Positions 61,530-64,000 of a stretch of DNA of 64,000 nucleotides are shown piece after piece. Below the pieces are notes generated by a model, which saw only the letters and a list, made by a program, of their open reading frames with translations, did no database searches and was not told where the DNA came from. The first letter of the stretch is position 1. The number at the start of each line of letters is the position of its first letter. The position numbers and the translations under genes were made by a program. The DNA is taken from contig OX597816.1 in NCBI GenBank assembly GCA_951406725.2, positions 75,144,001 to 75,208,000 on the forward strand, read 5' to 3'. This stretch comes from Octopus vulgaris. Taxonomy: Eukaryota.

Positions 61530-62128
61530 TGTGGCAGGAGTACAATGCTCTATGACGAGAATAGACGGGACCACTACATATAAATAGTAGCAGTCTGATG
61601 TAGTTGGCAGTTTCCTAGTTTGGTTTTCGAAGTCCAGGTACAATTTACAGTTTGAGTTATCAATTGCTATCAATTTATGGGCCAAAGAAAGGGAACCGAC
61701 TACAACATTGGGGTGTAATATTACTAAATTATAATTTCAAAATTCAATATATTCCATTGAAAAAATTGATCATGTGAAGTGTCTATCAAGACTAATTCCC
61801 AAAAATGCTGAACCACTAGAAGATACCGCGACAGCTGCACTGCAGGCAGAAAATGAAATAAAAAGTGTTATGACTAATGTTATCCAAGAACTGCCAGTGA
61901 CTGTACAGGATATAAAAATGAAATCTGTAGGTAATGAGTATATTACAAAGATGAAAAAAGCTTTAAAAAATAAGCAGAATAAAAATACAAATTTGAGTAG
62001 TTTCTCAAAATGCAATGATATTCTGATGTATGCGCAAAGAGTTGTAGTACTGACTACATTACAAAAATGTGTATTGCAGTAGTTCCACAGCAAACACCCA
62101 GGAATGTCAAGGATGAAAGTACTTTGAG
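61530..62128 (+). mobile_element. Ty3/Gypsy remnant: possible short LTR, then RNase H end / integrase Zn-finger region
   Basis: LQHWGVILLNYNFKIQY...LSRLIP and QRVVV...LQK.VL..FHSKHPGMSRMK; TG...CA segment at 61530-61707. Confidence 0.7.
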
Positions 62129-62382
62129 AAATTTAACATGAGTAAAAGCAAGAAAGTATTTACATTTTCATCAAAATATGCTACTGGCTTCAGTCACTTA
62201 AAAAGATGATTTAGTCATGCTGAAATAAATGGAAAAATAAATAAAAATTTCATTATATCAGGTTCTGGAAGTTCACATGTTTTCCTTACAAAAATTACAT
62301 TGTGCTGTTTCATTTCCTTCTGATTGTTGCTGGGTCATAGTGGTAGTAGCAGCAGCAGGAGACTCCTGATATTGTCCTTTTA

Positions 62383-63646
62383 TCAGGTCATCCCATAAGT
62401 TCTGGCCGATTTTACCTTTTTTTAAAATTGAATGAAATTTAATAGTATTTTAGAATGTTTAATGGAATTAAAAATTATTTTTATGCATTTGTATACATTT
62501 AAACTAATTAAATATTATTTTACAGAATAATAGATTAACAATTTCTTTGATTAAAACCCTTTCTAACATGGAAGTATCCAAAGAGTATTTGAGGCACATA
62601 ATGCTTTATGAGTACAAAAAAAGGAAATTCTGCAGCCAAAGCAACTTGAAACATACACTCAGTTTATGGGAAAGAATGCTTGAATGAAAGAACTTGCAAA
62701 ATTCAGTAGTGGAGATTTCAGCCTTGAAGATGAAGATCGAACAGGACGTCCAGTTGATGATAAGCTCCTTGAGGCATTACTTGAAGAAAATCCTGGATTA
62801 TCAGTTGAAGAATTGGCAATAAAGCTTAGTTCAAACCATACAACTGTTCATCATCATCTTCAACAACTTTGAAAGGTTCCTAAACTTGGAAAATGGGTGC
62901 CTCATGAATTGTCCAAAAGCAACTGCAAATCCCAAGTTGACATCTGCTCTTCTCTCCATTCTTGTGAACTCATTTCACCCTTTTTGGATAGACTTGTGAC
63001 TGGTGACTGAAAATGGATCTTCTATGGAAATGTTAAACATCATAAACAGTGGCTTGGTAAAAGGAAAAAAGTTCAACCACAACCAAGAAGGGAACTTCAT
63101 GGGAAAAAGGTTCTTTTCTCTATCTGGTGGGATTGCAAAGGAGTAATTCACTTTGAATTGTTACCACCTAATTCAACAATCAATGCTCAAGTCTACTGTC
63201 AGCAATTAGAGTGTTTGAACCAAGCTTTAAAGAAAAGAAGACCTGCTTTAGTGAATCGAAAAGGATGGTGTTTCATCAGGACAATGCGCGACCCCACACT
63301 GCAAAGATCCCATCACAGAAGATCGAAGAGATTAGTCGGGAAAAAATTCCTCATCCACCTTATTCTCCCAACCTTGCTCCTTCAAACTACCATTTGTTTT
63401 GTAGTTTACAGAATCATTTGGGGTACATAACTTTCGCAAGTCAGGAGGAGGTTGAAATTGACATTTCAGAGTTCGCTTTGAAACCAAAAGAGTTTTACAT
63501 TGATGGGATTAAAAAGCTTGTAAATAGATGGAAGGAAGTCATAGATAATCAGGGAAAGTACATTGATTAAATTTCAATTAACTATAACATTTGATCACTT
63601 GTTTTACTTTATTCAAAATTTGGACAGAACTTATGGGATGACTTGA
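62383..63646 (+). mobile_element. Full-length (1264 bp) DD34D mariner, pseudogenised
   Basis: TIRs tcaggtcatcccataagttctg / cagaacttatgggatgacttga with TA flanks; ATG at 62568; WVPHEL, HQDNARPH, HPPYSPNLAPSNYHLF; frameshifts. Confidence 0.93.
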
Positions 63647-64000
63647 TAATACAGTAAGTCCTTAAGAGATGTTATCTCAGGACAAATACTGTAGTAACTA
63701 GCCTTTCAACAGTGTTTATATATTAAGTATGATACCTAAATGGCTACTTTAATTAAATACTGCCTCAACCTGTTATACTGTTCATTTTTTTTTTTTTTTT
63801 TTACTTCATCTTCACATTTAAAAAAAATTTTTGTCTTACTTAAACACACTTGTTCTTAGAAGAAATTGTTTTAGTAATCTACATTTTGTCTTCTGATTTT
63901 ACTGATTTACATATTAAATGAAAATATTGAAGTGTATTGTTACAATAAAACTATGATTTTGGGGGACTATTAATATCATTTTTGAGATGAAAAGACTTTC

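Noticed and set aside
61774-62082. 102-aa ORF as a nested cellular gene
   Set aside because: It lies between Gypsy RNase H and integrase motifs and is followed by a stop within the HPG motif region.

Overview
AT-rich eukaryotic (animal) genomic DNA, most likely a coleoid cephalopod such as Octopus. This is inferred from the SINE/RTE/Penelope repeat families and the (TA)n/(CA)n density, not from a database hit. Two spliced genes lie in tandem on the + strand. (1) RNF212-family meiotic RING SUMO/ubiquitin E3 ligase (Zip3/ZHP-3 like): 14 predicted coding exons, 3195-~33089, about 274 aa, one GC-AG intron. (2) ORC2: 12 coding exons, 40755-58271; the last ~60 codons lie beyond the window. Introns and the intergenic region are filled with transposon relics: DD34D and DD37D mariners, TA-flanked MITEs, two intact-ended non-autonomous Helitrons, RTE LINEs and SINEs, a Gypsy remnant and two Penelope-like elements (PLEs). 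The most unusual observations are: a PLE whose 3' UTR carries a tRNA-like Pol III promoter directly upstream of a minimal hammerhead ribozyme; a second, Naiad-like PLE whose GIY...YIG motif is split by ~130 low-complexity codons and which forms a 0.9-kb inverted repeat; RNF212 exon 3 sandwiched between two co-oriented Helitrons; and a duplicated 72-nt CDK-site exon in ORC2. Almost all ORFs in the supplied track are spurious or transposon fragments. All exon models and identities were derived by hand; no CRISPR, rRNA or true tRNA gene is present.
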